64,000 nucleotides of DNA from Botryllus schlosseri (Eukaryota). The stretch lies in contig CM119371.1 of assembly GCA_051294905.1 (NCBI GenBank), forward strand, positions 8,062,001-8,126,000, in the 5' to 3' direction. A program made the position numbers and the translations under genes. Positions 26,801 to 39,652 of the stretch are shown in pieces; position 1 is the stretch's first letter, and each line of letters starts with the position of its first letter. The notes beneath the pieces are model-generated. The model did no database searches. It saw nothing but the letters and a program-made list of their open reading frames with translations, and was not told the origin of the DNA.

Positions 26801-29800
26801 ATACGAAAAAGGTGACTCGAGTCTGACTCGTGTCAAGTCATGACTCGAGTAATCCCAACACTGCTATTTAGAACATGTTAAGTGTTTCTACTTATATTTT
26901 GAGTAGTTTAGACATGGCTAACAGACCGCCGTCTCTACTTGCAATTTAGTAAAAATTTAATACGTGAGACTAATTTCAGTAGCAATACTGGCTACATAAC
27001 CACCAACTGAAGTAGTTTATGAGTGTAGCTCTTATCAGTACCAATTGTTTTATCGGTTTATCGAGTGTTTTATCGGTTTCTCGCAGTACCTATCGCGTTT
27101 TAGTACGCCGATAACTACCCGTACAAATTATCATGTGACGTTGAAGTTGATGAATGTCTCCAATGCTGCGTTAAAACCTTCATTCTAGAGAATATTCCGA
27201 TGGAATCGAGCAGTGAACAGTCTGCATCAAAAATCGTCCGCGAGTCCGTGATTACTGGGGCAGTTAGCGACGAAGAATTGTCGAAGTCGCACGGTGTTGA
27301 TCAAGTTGTGCCGGCATCCAACGGTATGATTATTGCAAAAAGTATTATTCCAGTGATCGAATCGTTATTAGCTCCTGTCCTTGATTACGGAAATGCGGGT
27401 AGAGGGGCGGGTTCAACACAGTGTTTTAATGTTCATATAGCCAGGTTAAAATTTGTGGAAGGCAAAATAATTTACATGACATTGCCGTCGCAGTTGAATT
27501 GTTACGTTAAGGAAAATGATTGCGCCACAGTTTCCGAGTCGATAACATAGGGAACCTTTTTTATGACGATATGTCAAATGGAAAAGTACATCGAATAACA
27601 ATCGGTCATTAGCGGTCACGATATGTGCGTAAGCGTTTTTTAGAAATGCCCTTTTAAATTTGACTGGCCCAATAAAACGTAAAATACCGACGTGCATTAT
27701 ATTTGGATCCATTCCAACATGTAGCAGCGAAATTGTTGGAATGCAAACCTTGGAATTGAAAATGGAATGGAAAATCTTATATACGAAAGTTTATACGGCG
27801 AGAAATGCAAAAGTTAATGAATAAGAACAATTCAAGTGTCAAATTTTGTGGTATCATTTAGCAACGTGTTATTATTACGTGTGAGCTAAGCAACGTGTTC
27901 TTATTACGTGTGAGCAAGGGAGGAATTGGCATCTTTTTAAAAGGAATTTGGCACAAATTCTGATGGAAGAAGTAAATCTATTGAAGAAAAAGGCGAGAGA
28001 TTTTTTGAGGTATAACAACGATCAAGTAAAATTTTGACAATGCCAAATCATCATAGCTCTGCTCTGCATCGAGGATACTAAGCCATCATGTCTTCCGGAT
28101 CCTAACTGACTTCAACAATTGGATTACAGCAGCGGTGATCTCTCACGGTGGAAGTTTGCATTAACTAGGGTCACATGCGTTCTCCTTTATAGCAGGATTT
28201 TTCCTATTTCAGGAAATCTAGAATGTCATTCGAGAACGCCAAAATTTCCTCCTATTTGGCAATTCGCCCTCCTTCATAGCCTTAACGGCCAGGCGATTGT
28301 ACAGGCAAAAAAAATCGCCATAAATGAACCGAAATATGAAATCTGAACGTTCGAGCGGGTCTTCCAGGGACAAATGACTATTTTAGTCAACACAACATTG
28401 TTTCCAATGTGGAAATTTCCAAATTCCCTTTTTTTTCGTCCAATATTATAAATTTTTGTGATTTTAAAGTGTCCTCGTATCCCGAACTCAGATATGTCGA
28501 CCTTGATATTGACCAAATCTGTCGTCACAGACGGATCGTCTCCTATATACGAGGATGTTGCTGACTCCGAATTTTCGAAGACTCCAGGTGACCTCGAATC
28601 TGGGCTAAAGCCCGTCAGAAGCAAACCGGAAACCTCTCGTGGACGTGGTATTGTCGCACCGACCGACGGTAAGTGATATTACATACGAGTAGCGTTTGAG
28701 CGTTACTACTCTACATGATCCCAGCATAAACGGCTAACGGGAAAGTGAACGCATTCCAAGACCAGCAATACGCGGTAATTTTTAGAGCTCACGGTTGTGT
28801 TAACACATCTATTTACTGACGAGAGGTGGTCAGAAACGAAATTCGTCTACCTTTTCGGTGTGGTAAATAGGATTTTCACATCTGCGCAACTTTATTCAAG
28901 TGGGTATTGGTTCGCATTCGTTCTACTTAATATAGTTTGCAGTTTCAGGCAACACTACTAAAGCAGGGGTGGGCCATCATTTTCTTCGCGGCAAAATCAG
29001 TGGCCAAAAATACGTTGACGGTCCGAGTCAAAACTTTCAACTATACTGTCCAGTGTTTTATTTTCATTTATAAATCAAAAGCTGTGAATTGCGTTGCTGG
29101 TAAATGCTCCGCAGTGGATGTCTTGATATTAGATATGCTAATGACAAAGTGACGGTGATATAATGAATAATAATAATAATAATTTACCGTCATAATTCGA
29201 AACATTGTTAAACATGACACATTTTAAACTAGCTTATTGTGTTGGTCACTCGATCCGAGCAATGTGCAGCTTGGTGAAATAACCTTGCTGTTCAGCGGAG
29301 CTTGCAGTTATTCTGTAATTCGCCCTCCCTAGACTGACGTCCCATGGCCGACTTGAATTATACTCTTTGAACACGGCGACCTGCGCTCGGCACGAACTGT
29401 GAGGATGGACTTAACTCTGACTCAAGTAGGCCTACACGAAACCAGTGCTCCACAACCGTGTTTGAATTTTAGCTTTCGGCGTTCATTTTTGACGGGCATG
29501 CTCATCATTTACGGGTGATGATGATTCTTAGTAATCACAGCCATCGAGTTGTTTTACGGATTAGAGATTTGTTTTACGGATTAGGGATTTGGAAACGTAT
29601 CACGTAGCAATTTCAAGCACTGACCGTGTTATGCGTAATGTGACAATGGCAAGAAAGAGGGTTTCAACTAAAGTGGAAGGCAGAAGTGAATTCTTGTGGC
29701 CTAAATTGTACCGGCATACTGTGCTACATTGCCTTTATTTTGAATCTGGATTACGCATGCTAGGTACATAGGCTACGTATTGTGGTATATTATTGAACAG

Positions 29801-32800
29801 GCTGCAAAATGACCGAATTTCAGGTTCAGTTCATAAGCCTGTTGGTTTACTCCATGCAGCAACTTTCAAAACTATGTGTTATATGTTTTGAATTCCAAGC
29901 ACCTTTCGCGGGCCCCACTTCGCCCAGATATGCACTGGAGTATGATTTCTGTACTCTACTTCGAAATCACCGCTTTATCTGAGTACTACTCTGACCACCT
30001 GAGATAAACTCGCTATGGGAGGTTTTCTCTAGACCGGACGCCGTCTTTAACGTTGAAGGCATTTTTACCTATAGTTTCGACACAAGTTTAGGGTAAAGTA
30101 AAATTTGACATTATCGCTTGACGCAAATTTGTTCTTGGCCGTGTCCCCGGACATGTTCAGTCAGCTGTTTAGAACACATCCAAGTCCGCAGTTTTTAGTT
30201 TTTATAGACTCGTAAGGCTGTTCTACGTGATGTTACTTTTTCACATATATTCACGGGTGACTAGTTGGAGATAAATGATCACAGGTAGCCAATGTTTCAT
30301 GTCTGCCCGCCGAGCTAACAATGGACATTGTCGTGCACGTCATCTTCTCTGTGTCCGAAACTGTTTTCACGCCAATAAAGTCCGCACAAATCGGGAAATG
30401 TAGTCGGAATTTCTTGCGTTTCGACGCGATCACTCCATGCCCAGATCCGACGACCACAAATCCAATTTCCACTGAACGCCCAACACTTCGAAAATCAAAT
30501 ACTAAATACATTGATTTCACGGAATCGCCTCCCACCTTATCGGGCACACACCTGATTACCTCTTACTAAAGCAAAAATGTTTGAATAAGGCGATTAGCAA
30601 ACGCTAGCCAGCAAGCAGACCACGTAGGTTAGTGTGTCCGGACTCAAAAACGTATAACGGCTTTGAAATTATACTTATATACCACGATGAAATGAGTTGA
30701 ATATTGTTCGATCGCCGTTTGGTTGCATATGTGTCTCTTGAAAACCATATATAGAATTACAATGGATTTAGATTCATACAAATCTACAGGATGATTATCA
30801 ACCTTCATATCTGTGAGCCGCCACCCGCCATATGTGACGCACGGGCCATAGGTCTGAGAAGTTAGTTGGCCGTATAGAAAATTTTCAGATCGGAAAATAG
30901 GTCACGATCAAAAAGGTTTACACCTGGCCTGGCCAGTAGCAGTAGCAGTAGCATCTTCCACAAAATTAAAATTATTACTCATCTTGAGGACCATCATAGA
31001 AATAGGCAACCGATGAAAATAATGGAACTCCAGATAATTTAATGATTTGCCCTTTCTGCAGATGGTATTGAAATGTCTGGTGATGCACACGCGGAGAAGA
31101 CTGACGTGACACTGAGGAAAAGAGGCTCGAAGGTGGAATATGTCGATGATCTGACCGCTGGGAATGGTAAGTTAGCATTACGCATCATAGTCCTGGATAT
31201 CACGGTCGTCGCATTCAACTGGACCCGATAGACTACAGTGATAGCTAGTCACTGCAAGTGCTTAGATTATACGAGATTGGATATCCACGCCTGGCCGGGT
31301 TAGCACGAGAACCATTAAGAACGTATAGGCGACTAATGAACGTCATGAAACCTCAAGGCTGTTAATGATCCAAGTGTCCTTATATTGGTTTTGTATTAGC
31401 AGAATACAACGATGTTGATGTACAATCTCTATTCGGATCATTTAAATCCAGCTTGTCCCGTCTTCACTGTAAGGCCGTGGTCAAATTTGACCTCCAACGA
31501 ACAAATATGTGAGCCATTTTTGAATGATAGTATTGTTCTTGCCATCCATGTTAGCTTGCGTACATATGGTAGGAACCCTCGAAAGGTTCAGGTTCGTGTG
31601 AGCACGAACATTTTTAAATGGTTCTCTGTGAACGCGAACAAGAACCCATGACGGAACGTGAAGTCATATTGGTGATTCCAACGCTACATTTCAGTGATCT
31701 GTTATATTAATGTGCATGATAGCTAGCGAGTATTCGGACCACGTTACGCCACAATGATGAAGCACCTGCTTACTTTTAAACGTCACCTAAACATATTTAC
31801 TGTAGCAATATAGCTATAATAATCCTATAACGTCAATATCTTTTGTCGCTTTGCCAACAATTTCGACGAGGACTTGACACGGAAAATAAGCTGACGACTT
31901 AACCCGTACGCCTGCTAGATTTTTGACATCACACTACGATGTATTCTATGTCATTTTCATCGATTGGTTGGATAAGTATCCTTCATTAACTTCCTACATA
32001 TGATGTTGGCCTATTCTGATTGCGGGTCAAGCTCGCAGCAAGAGAAATGAAAAACGTAAAGCTGAATTTTGACCAAATTTTTGTAACAAAGCTAGTAAAA
32101 TGTTTTGGATTGGCAAGGTGCATGCTCATTTAGTATCGATTTTTTTTAAACTGCCAGCGCCATGTATATAGCGGTCTGAAGTTGAAATGCAAAGAACTAC
32201 ACCCAAAAATGTTATAATGACGGGCTGAATTGTAACATATGAAAAAGGTTCACAGTGCAGATCATACCAAGGTTCGTTTGTGAACTCGAGCCTCTGAATG
32301 TCTGAGGTTCACACACTGAACTCGAACTTGAACCTCGCGTTCAGACCATCCCCCATCCTGCGGTATGCACTGTCAATCGGAATCGTTAATTAGCCTATTG
32401 ACACTAATGTCTCGTCGGCATGAGTAACTCATTGCACATGTCATATTTTGAAAGAAACGTCAGATTCTTTTTTTACCCGTGTTTGATCTTCACAATTTCG
32501 GCTATTCCCGGTTACCCTTTTATGACATGGATATACAAGCGGGCCTAAAGGTAGCACTATTGCCTGACCCCACCTCGCTTTTCGTTTAATGGTATACTCG
32601 ACCGTAGTGATAGATGGTGAAGTTAGTACTCAGTAAGGGGCGCTGTAGGGTTCGGAAAATTGAAAATTGTGGGGTTCGGAAAAACAATGATACATCCTTA
32701 TGTCATCATGAAAGGTGTGATTTTGAGAGCTCTTTAGCGGAATTAGCGAATATATATAGGTAATTCCACTGATAGGGTCGATTCCGGCCCACCTCGCCAA

Positions 32801-35198
32801 TCGCGTAAAGCAGTGGTGGCCAACCGGTGGAGAGTTCCCACTGGGGAAGAATTCAATGGATTTTGGTGGGGAATAGATGCATTTGTTAAACGTTATATAC
32901 AGGATAGTCTACATATTTACGGAGACACATGCGCGATTACCGTTACCCGTTAACTTCTCTGGAATTTATGTACCGAAATTATAAATTGAAAGTGTCCTCG
33001 TAGGATGCGTAAATGGGAATCTGTCTTCTTTTTCTCTGAAAAGGATTTAAATGCCACGAAAAATGCGACTCCGGCACGGCGAACATCAGAGTTTCTTGAA
33101 AAATCGGGAGCCGAGTCTACACAATACTAACGATCAAAAATTTTCGAAGTCACCAGTGTTCTTATAGCTTTGCGAATTTATAAAAAGTGTACCGTTTTTA
33201 GGACCTCGTAATATTTTAACACTATTTTCAAGGGTATATAGGAGTTTTGCGTAGTGGAGAATGGAAGACACGGAATAAATGGTTGCCCGACATATGAGCA
33301 TTGAGCATGCGACACAATGGCAAACGACAGTTCAGCATGGAACACATCAGCATGCGTCACTTCAGCATGTGACTGTATAACCCAAAAACTTCCCCTAACC
33401 CGAAACATAGCCTAACCTAACCTAACCTAGCCTAGCCTAAGCTAACCTAACCTAAAGCCTAACCCTAACCCAACCATAAATCCAACCCTAACCTACCCCT
33501 AACCCGTAATTTAACCCACATGCTCATGTGTCGCATGCCAAATTGTCACATACCGAAGTCTCGCATGCTGTAATGTCGCATGCTCATATGTCCACGGACC
33601 GGAATAAATATGAAGACAAGAAGGTTAGAAACCACTGACGTAAAGAAACCTCACCTCGCAATATTGATAGCGGGTTAACGACGAGCAAGATTAGTTGCTC
33701 TTCGTTCTTCAAATTAGGAGTTAAAGGTAGTAAACATGAACGAAATCAACATACCTGTGATTCATCTTCAAGGATTGGTGCACACAACTCATTTTCACCC
33801 TTCGGAATGATAATTTTGCCACAGGAAGGTGCAGACGCACGGCTACAATGTTTGTAATCAGAATTGGGCAAAGTAGTTAGGATTACGACTCGTAGAAGTA
33901 ATTCTATGTATTTTCAGTCACTACTAGTAGACGTAATGTCAACATTACTACTCGTAGTATTAGGTAGGATTACGACTCGTAGAAGTATTTCTATGCATTT
34001 CTAGTAGACGCAACGCCAACATTACTACTGGTAGAAGTAATACCGTTAAGCAGTTTTGGCACGGAAATTATTACTGCGTTACTTGTAATTAACTGGAAAT
34101 TCACGGTTTATTTCTACAAGTAATGCAGTAATAGTTTCCGGCCCAAAACTGCTTCGGGGTAGACAAAGGAAGTAGACATTCCACGAAGTATTTTCAACAG
34201 TGGCTTTCGTCTGTGGTCCGTCTATGTTCAGAAGTTCTTCGGATATGAGGAGCTTTCCCCATATTGAGATGTGTCTTCGAGACCAACTTAACTTATGAGT
34301 TTGTAAATTAAGTCTGTGAAGTGAAATTGATTTACCACCGTGGTATTATCATTATTTCATACGGTCTTCTGACAATTTCACTCAAGAGATGGGAATGTAT
34401 TGAAATTCTACTTCATCTTCAAGCATCGAAAATTTCAAACGTAATCCAAGTAAATGTATTCTCGAAATCGGCACTAGTTCGGGTAGGGCAAGTTGCAAAA
34501 TCGGATTAAGTCAGTGGTTCCCAACTTTTTTTTAGACACGCCCCCCCCCCCCCCCCCCCCCTTTCTGATAGTCCAACAGGGGATGCTAGCAACTTCAACA
34601 GATTTTTTGATGACATGGAAGGTTATAACTGTTGAGAGAATATGAAATTAGGTGTATATATAGCGAAACACGCGTGAATTGAGGTAAATCGCGCAAATCG
34701 CGAAATTTGTTTCAGTTGCCCGCTTCTTCGCTCCCCCTCCCGAGCTTTCACGCCCCCCAGGTTGGGACCCACTGAATTAAGTACTATAGGAGAGAGTGTT
34801 AAGGACTTGTTACCGACCACCTCTGTGCTTGCACACCCACCGTCCACGTATTTTCTGGGTGGAAGAGACGATTGTATTGAATCGTCTGATTTAAACAGTG
34901 TATAGATAAATGGTTTTTCTAAATGTCGTTGTTTCCTTACCATCCGCTTATAGTGAGTGTTGTTTTATGAGGCGACATTCCGGAACAGACTCCGATCAAT
35001 GCGAACGTTAAGGAGTGCAAGGAATCGTGTATGAAGTTCTTCTCACCTCCGGGACGTATTATCTATATGCTTGTCTTGTCCGCGATGTTTTCCTGGTTGG
35101 TATATGCGATCGTATATTTCATACAAAATTATGAGTCTCCTGCTTCCAATGACTCCGTCAACGTAACGAGTGCGCCGAACCAAACTCAAAGTGGTTGA
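23823..35198 (+). CDS. Orphan gene, paralog B: ~280-aa acidic protein with C-terminal TM helix
   Basis: Exons 23823-23925, 24946-25080, 27189-27323, 28531-28668, 31062-31166, 34972-35198; all phase 1, 843 nt open. TM segment IIYMLVLSAMFSWLVYAIVYFI; tail sequons NDS/NVT/NQT; ends QSG*. The last acceptor requires GAG at 34969-34971 because the homologous TAG is TAT. A 64-nt upstream intron lies at 23707-23770. Confidence 0.72.
25895..26863. mobile_element. MITE family A in intron 2 of paralog B
   Basis: CATTGTTGGGAT...ATCCCAACACTG; absent from copy 1 (~13626), where ~45 bp of flank missing here is present; no TSD retained. Confidence 0.85.
31565..32353. mobile_element. Degenerate copy of the TAGGGATG-TIR MITE
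   Basis: Colinear with 43484-44465 (GAAAGGTTCAGGTTCGTGTGA...GTTCAGACCATCCC); not present in copy 1. Confidence 0.8.
32811..33637. mobile_element. hAT-like MITE hosting a nested element
   Basis: CAGTGGT...ACCACTG; TSD gcgtaaag/acgtaaag. Confidence 0.8.
33281..33600. mobile_element. Mutator-like MITE with central (CCTAA)/(CCCTAA) array
   Basis: 9-bp TSD ggaataaat (33272-33280 and 33601-33609); TIR core GACATATGAGCAT/ATGCTCATATGTC; subterminal GCATG repeats. Confidence 0.8.
34512..34774. mobile_element. hAT-like MITE
   Basis: CAGTGGTTCCCAAC...GTTGGGACCCACTG; TSD gattaagt/aattaagt. Confidence 0.85.
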
Positions 35199-36159
35199 TA
35201 CCGTTGTTTTGGCGAGTCGTCACGAATTGTTTTACAGCAACACAATGCGATCCGCGTCTGTGTTGATGTGCGTTCTAACCTTGTAATAAATGCGACATAT
35301 ATCCTAATGGAAGAATTTGCTTCGTGTACCTTTCGATTGGCAAATCGTGCCCATGCCGTCAAATTTATGTACCGCATGTATTGATGCTGTTATTAACAAT
35401 GTGCTGAGAGTGTAGGCATCATATTTAGCCTATAGTTGGGTTGCTTCGTAAGCGACGGACGTGTCCAGTATGTTATGCAGCAATGCATAACGTTTCAATC
35501 ATACGGAAACATCGATATTTTACTTATCTGGGCGTACAACGAACACATAAGGTATGTTTCGCTTGGCTGGCCGCACCGCCAGAATCGGGCAATGATTAGT
35601 GGCAGCGCATTTCGTGGAGTCGCATGTTGGCCAAACTGTCACAGTTTTGGTGTGTCCTGGCCGAGAAAAGTCTGCCACAAAATGCCGATGAGGCACTCCA
35701 GTTTGAGCTTTCTACGCTTGGACATCCCACCGGCTGCATGCGACATAGATAATCTTATATAAAATTATGCGTATATTGTCAAAGAGTGCGTATACGCACA
35801 ATAAAATCGATACATGAATAGTGAGAATGTGAAGTACTCTACGTCAAATTAAGCTACATGGAGATTATGTTGTTTACCAAAATAATTATGGGTCACATTC
35901 AAGTATAGTTTAGCGCGAAAGTTGTCTGATAATTTTGATATTCGTTCGAATTTTGTGGATAGGGCTTCGTGGTCCTAAACATTTGTCATGCAGACGGGAA
36001 AAGGACGGCAAGTCTCTGTTTTGGAATCGCTGATATAGCCAATATGCGACCTACGCCAAAAAGTTACCTGGATCATGAAATATTTATCCCACCCTGCAAA
36101 TCGACATGATGCAATAGTAAGATTTGCCTGGCATTTGATTCCTTTACAAATATCTATTG

Positions 36160-37471
36160 CAGCGGTTCTCAACCTTTTTTGACACGCGCCCCCCTTGGCG
36201 ATGGTCAAAAAAATCGCGCCCCCATGCATTTATCGTCATGTCAAAAAGAGCACATCATCTAATACAGAGGTGGGCAATATTCTTGCTAATCATGGCAGCA
36301 TTTCGATTAGCCTACTTATGTAGCCCAAGGCCGCATTCCACGGGATAGCCGCAATGAACGATCTGGACGCAAAATACCTATGGTAAACTGTCCATATCCA
36401 TTCTCGGTGAACTCCGGACCATTCTACTTTTCACAACGGCCTATTGTACGCACCGAAATCGCGAGTGGCAATGCCAGGAATAGCTGCTCTTAGTGCATAT
36501 TGTCGAGCGAAGCACGAAAATTTCTCTCAGAACCGCGAATGAATTGTTATTTCTTGACGATTCCAATTCCTGCTCAGATTGAGAAGGGCGCTACTGCATT
36601 AAAATCGAAAAATGAAGTCTTGCGCGAAGCGCGAAGAAAATTTCGAGATTAAATAAAGTCTCTCGAAAATTCTGGAGCGAATTCGTAATTGCAATTGTCT
36701 ACGGCCGCCATAGCCTACTAATAGAATTAGGCGTCGACGGCCGCACAAATTCCCTTCTACGGCATCATGCGACCGTACGGGTGCAGGTTGCCCACCGCCG
36801 ATCTAATAGTATACATACGGTATATCCTTATCCTACGCCAATTTTGAATCCGCATTCCAGTTGTTGAGTCTTGTACATTGCTGACAAATTTCCCCAAACT
36901 TCTTTAAAAATAACAAAAAAACATTGAACAGGACATCAATTAATTTCAAGGTAAATTGCACCGAGACTAATCCTGATGCTGGTAAAGTGACTACAGAGAG
37001 CACGGCGTCGTTCTGTACTGCCATGCTAAATTTGATCAGTTTTGGAAATGAATTAACTTGTGTTGATTTATAGCCTAATTGAGGATGAAACCGGGCAACC
37101 TATATTGCATCTAAGTCTGTCTTAGGCAGTGCAGTTCGCCAGCTATTAAGAACAGCTACCCAGAGCACTGAGATTTAGGCTACTGCCAAAGCTATAAAGT
37201 AATAAATGACTTGCACGTAGGAATTGCTCTAAATCTTGTGAGAATATCTAAAATTTGCTCAAATGAAGTTGAAGTCAGCCCATACTCCGTTAAGTGCGAC
37301 TGCTGGAGTTTGGCAAGCTTTCTAGAATACGAAATAAGTTTAACTTCATCAATCGTCATTTCAAAACGGTTGTGAAACACATGTTTAGTTACAATTTATA
37401 CAGACTTTGTCAATTTCTCGCCCCCCCCCCCTCCTGAGAGCCTCCCGTGCCCCCCAGGTTGATAACCCCTG
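36160..37471. mobile_element. hAT-like element with nested MITE at 36265-36800
   Basis: Outer CAGCGGTTCTCAACC...GGTTGATAACCCCTG with TSD atctattg; inner CAGAGGTGGGCAA...TTGCCCACCGCCG with TSD atctaata. Confidence 0.87.
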
Positions 37472-38643
37472 ATCTATTGCATACAAGCCCGTAAAACGTA
37501 ACATCGACATTATATTTCGCTCGGTGTAAGGCTCGAACAGCGATATGTTAGTAAATTTCAGATTATGTTCTCGCTCTAAGTCGGTTCAGTGCGACTGTGT
37601 ATCATGAAGCAAATATTGAAAAAACGGTAACATAGACAGAATCAACAGCAGTGTTGGGAACAAGTCATCTCAAGTCGGTGAAGATTTCGAATCGAGTCAA
37701 GTCAATCGATTTTGGAAGGTGACTTGAGTCTTGTTGTGGATGCTTATGACGATGGTTTGCACGAATACGATACGCATACTGTTCGCTGCAATGCAAAAAA
37801 AAAAAACTCAACTTGCAACTTGGTTCGTGTCTCGCTTGTGCCGAAATAGACAACATGAATATCAATACATCAAGTAAAAACAATATTGACCGAATTCGTT
37901 TATCAACTTTGCAAAATTTTCGACCTTGAGGGGGCTAGATCATAAATGCGCACTGCGTTTTTCTGACATAAATGTATTCGTCTTTGATGCGTAGTAAAAT
38001 ATGTCTTGATTTCACCGTTACCAAATCCGGGTCGCTCCTGTCGGACGGCTAACAAAAGTTCATCAACTTCCAAGTAGCCCACGCAATGATTTATAAAAAC
38101 ATGTAGGCATTTGACCGAAAAGGTTAGCCAACTCTGCACTAGACTAGAGGTTACTTAACGAGGTGGTCAGTAACGAGATACTTCTACTTACCGACGTACT
38201 CAAGTGGGCGAGAGAGCGGGAGAGGGCGTGAGAGCAAGAGAGCGAGCGAGCGAGAGGGACTTGGATAGAATGCATATATTATATTGATGGAGATTGAGTT
38301 GGAAGAGTATTTTCTTTATCGTCAGTTGAGTTGATTTGTTGAATCACAGACACAAACAAGTTTTAAAAAGTAAGTACGGTATAGCCTTCATTTTTCGGAA
38401 GTACAAGTGAATGTAAATATATTTTACTGTCCGTGACAGTTTTAGTTTACCGCCTAATCGCCTAAAGCGTTAATAGATAGTAGAACCATGTACAAGTTTT
38501 CCGTAATGTCTATTGTATAAATAATCTTATAAGTACTGTTGATGACGCCGTACAACGACAGTTTCCGTGAAGGGTCGCTGGCGTGAAGAGCTGAGAACCG
38601 CTGTTATGTGACGAGACTTTCAATTCCCTCACATGATATAGCC

Positions 38644-39652
38644 CAGAGGTCTCAAACACGCGGCCCGCAGGCCGCATGCGGTCCACGAGATCATTTTGGG
38701 TGGCATTTTCGATTTTGAAGTATTCGACAATCTTTTCCTGCCAATTCTTTTTTAATTTGAGAACTTAAAATTCGCTCTAACACTACTCCAGAAGCCAGAA
38801 ACTACTCATCAAACTTCTCTATTACATCACGTCCAAAAGTTGCGACGCTGTGGAAGATTACCTATTACGTGACATTTCTAGTTTATGATAGTTCAACATG
38901 ACCAAACAGGTATTGAAAATAGTAAAATATCAAAAGGTCGTAGCTTGCGTTACGTAGTTTATTCAGATATCTAAGTAGGTCAGTATGGCAACCATTGGCA
39001 TTATGCTGCCCTCTTGATGTATATTTGGCATCCTGAACCATCATCGGCATCTTTATCCATGTTATTATAGACAATTAACTGTGGTCGTAATGTAGTCGAG
39101 CCTACGCTACACAGCTGTAACACAAATGAATTCTCCGGCGATTAGACATTTCTACTGCTATGGCACATTATATTCAAATTGTTATTGATCTGTTCAAATA
39201 TTCGAAAGTAAATCTAACGCTGATTTAATTTGACTTCGATAACTACATGATCAGTTACCTAGTTATCAAGAGTATACCCGAGACCCGATTCATTGCGGCA
39301 CTTCAAATGTCCCCTATAGCTGCAAAATTATAGCGCAACAGCTTTTACGATGTCCTGATGCTTCTGTACTCTCGCATGGTGTTAACAAATATTTATTTTG
39401 ACAATCTATGCCAAGTAGGCTGCATAGGAAGAATGTTATTCAAATATCTAAAAATGTTATTTCTTGTGCCATGGGCGTGGATTCACAATAGTAAATCACG
39501 TTTTTACGATGCGTGTTGAATGTCAGTCTGCAAAGTCCCGTCAAATAGGGCTTACTTGGAAATACATTGAATTCCCCCATGGTGCTGCGGCTCGCGGTGC
39601 CATAAAAAAGTGGGATATTGGCCCGCGAGCAAGTTTGAGTTTGAGACCTCTG
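38644..39652. mobile_element. hAT-like MITE (GCGGCCCGC subterminal motif)
   Basis: CAGAGGTCTCAAAC...GTTTGAGACCTCTG; degenerate TSD atatagcc/atttaggc. Confidence 0.82.

Larger units (their letters stand above)
21660..35790. repeat. Segmental duplication copy 2
   Basis: Colinear with ~8140-20108, with different transposon insertions. Ends approximate. Confidence 0.93.

Noticed and set aside
36830..37380. Possible hAT dimerisation-domain remnant (CLRQT*MQYRL) on the minus strand
   Set aside because: Too degenerate to call as a separate feature without an HMM search.
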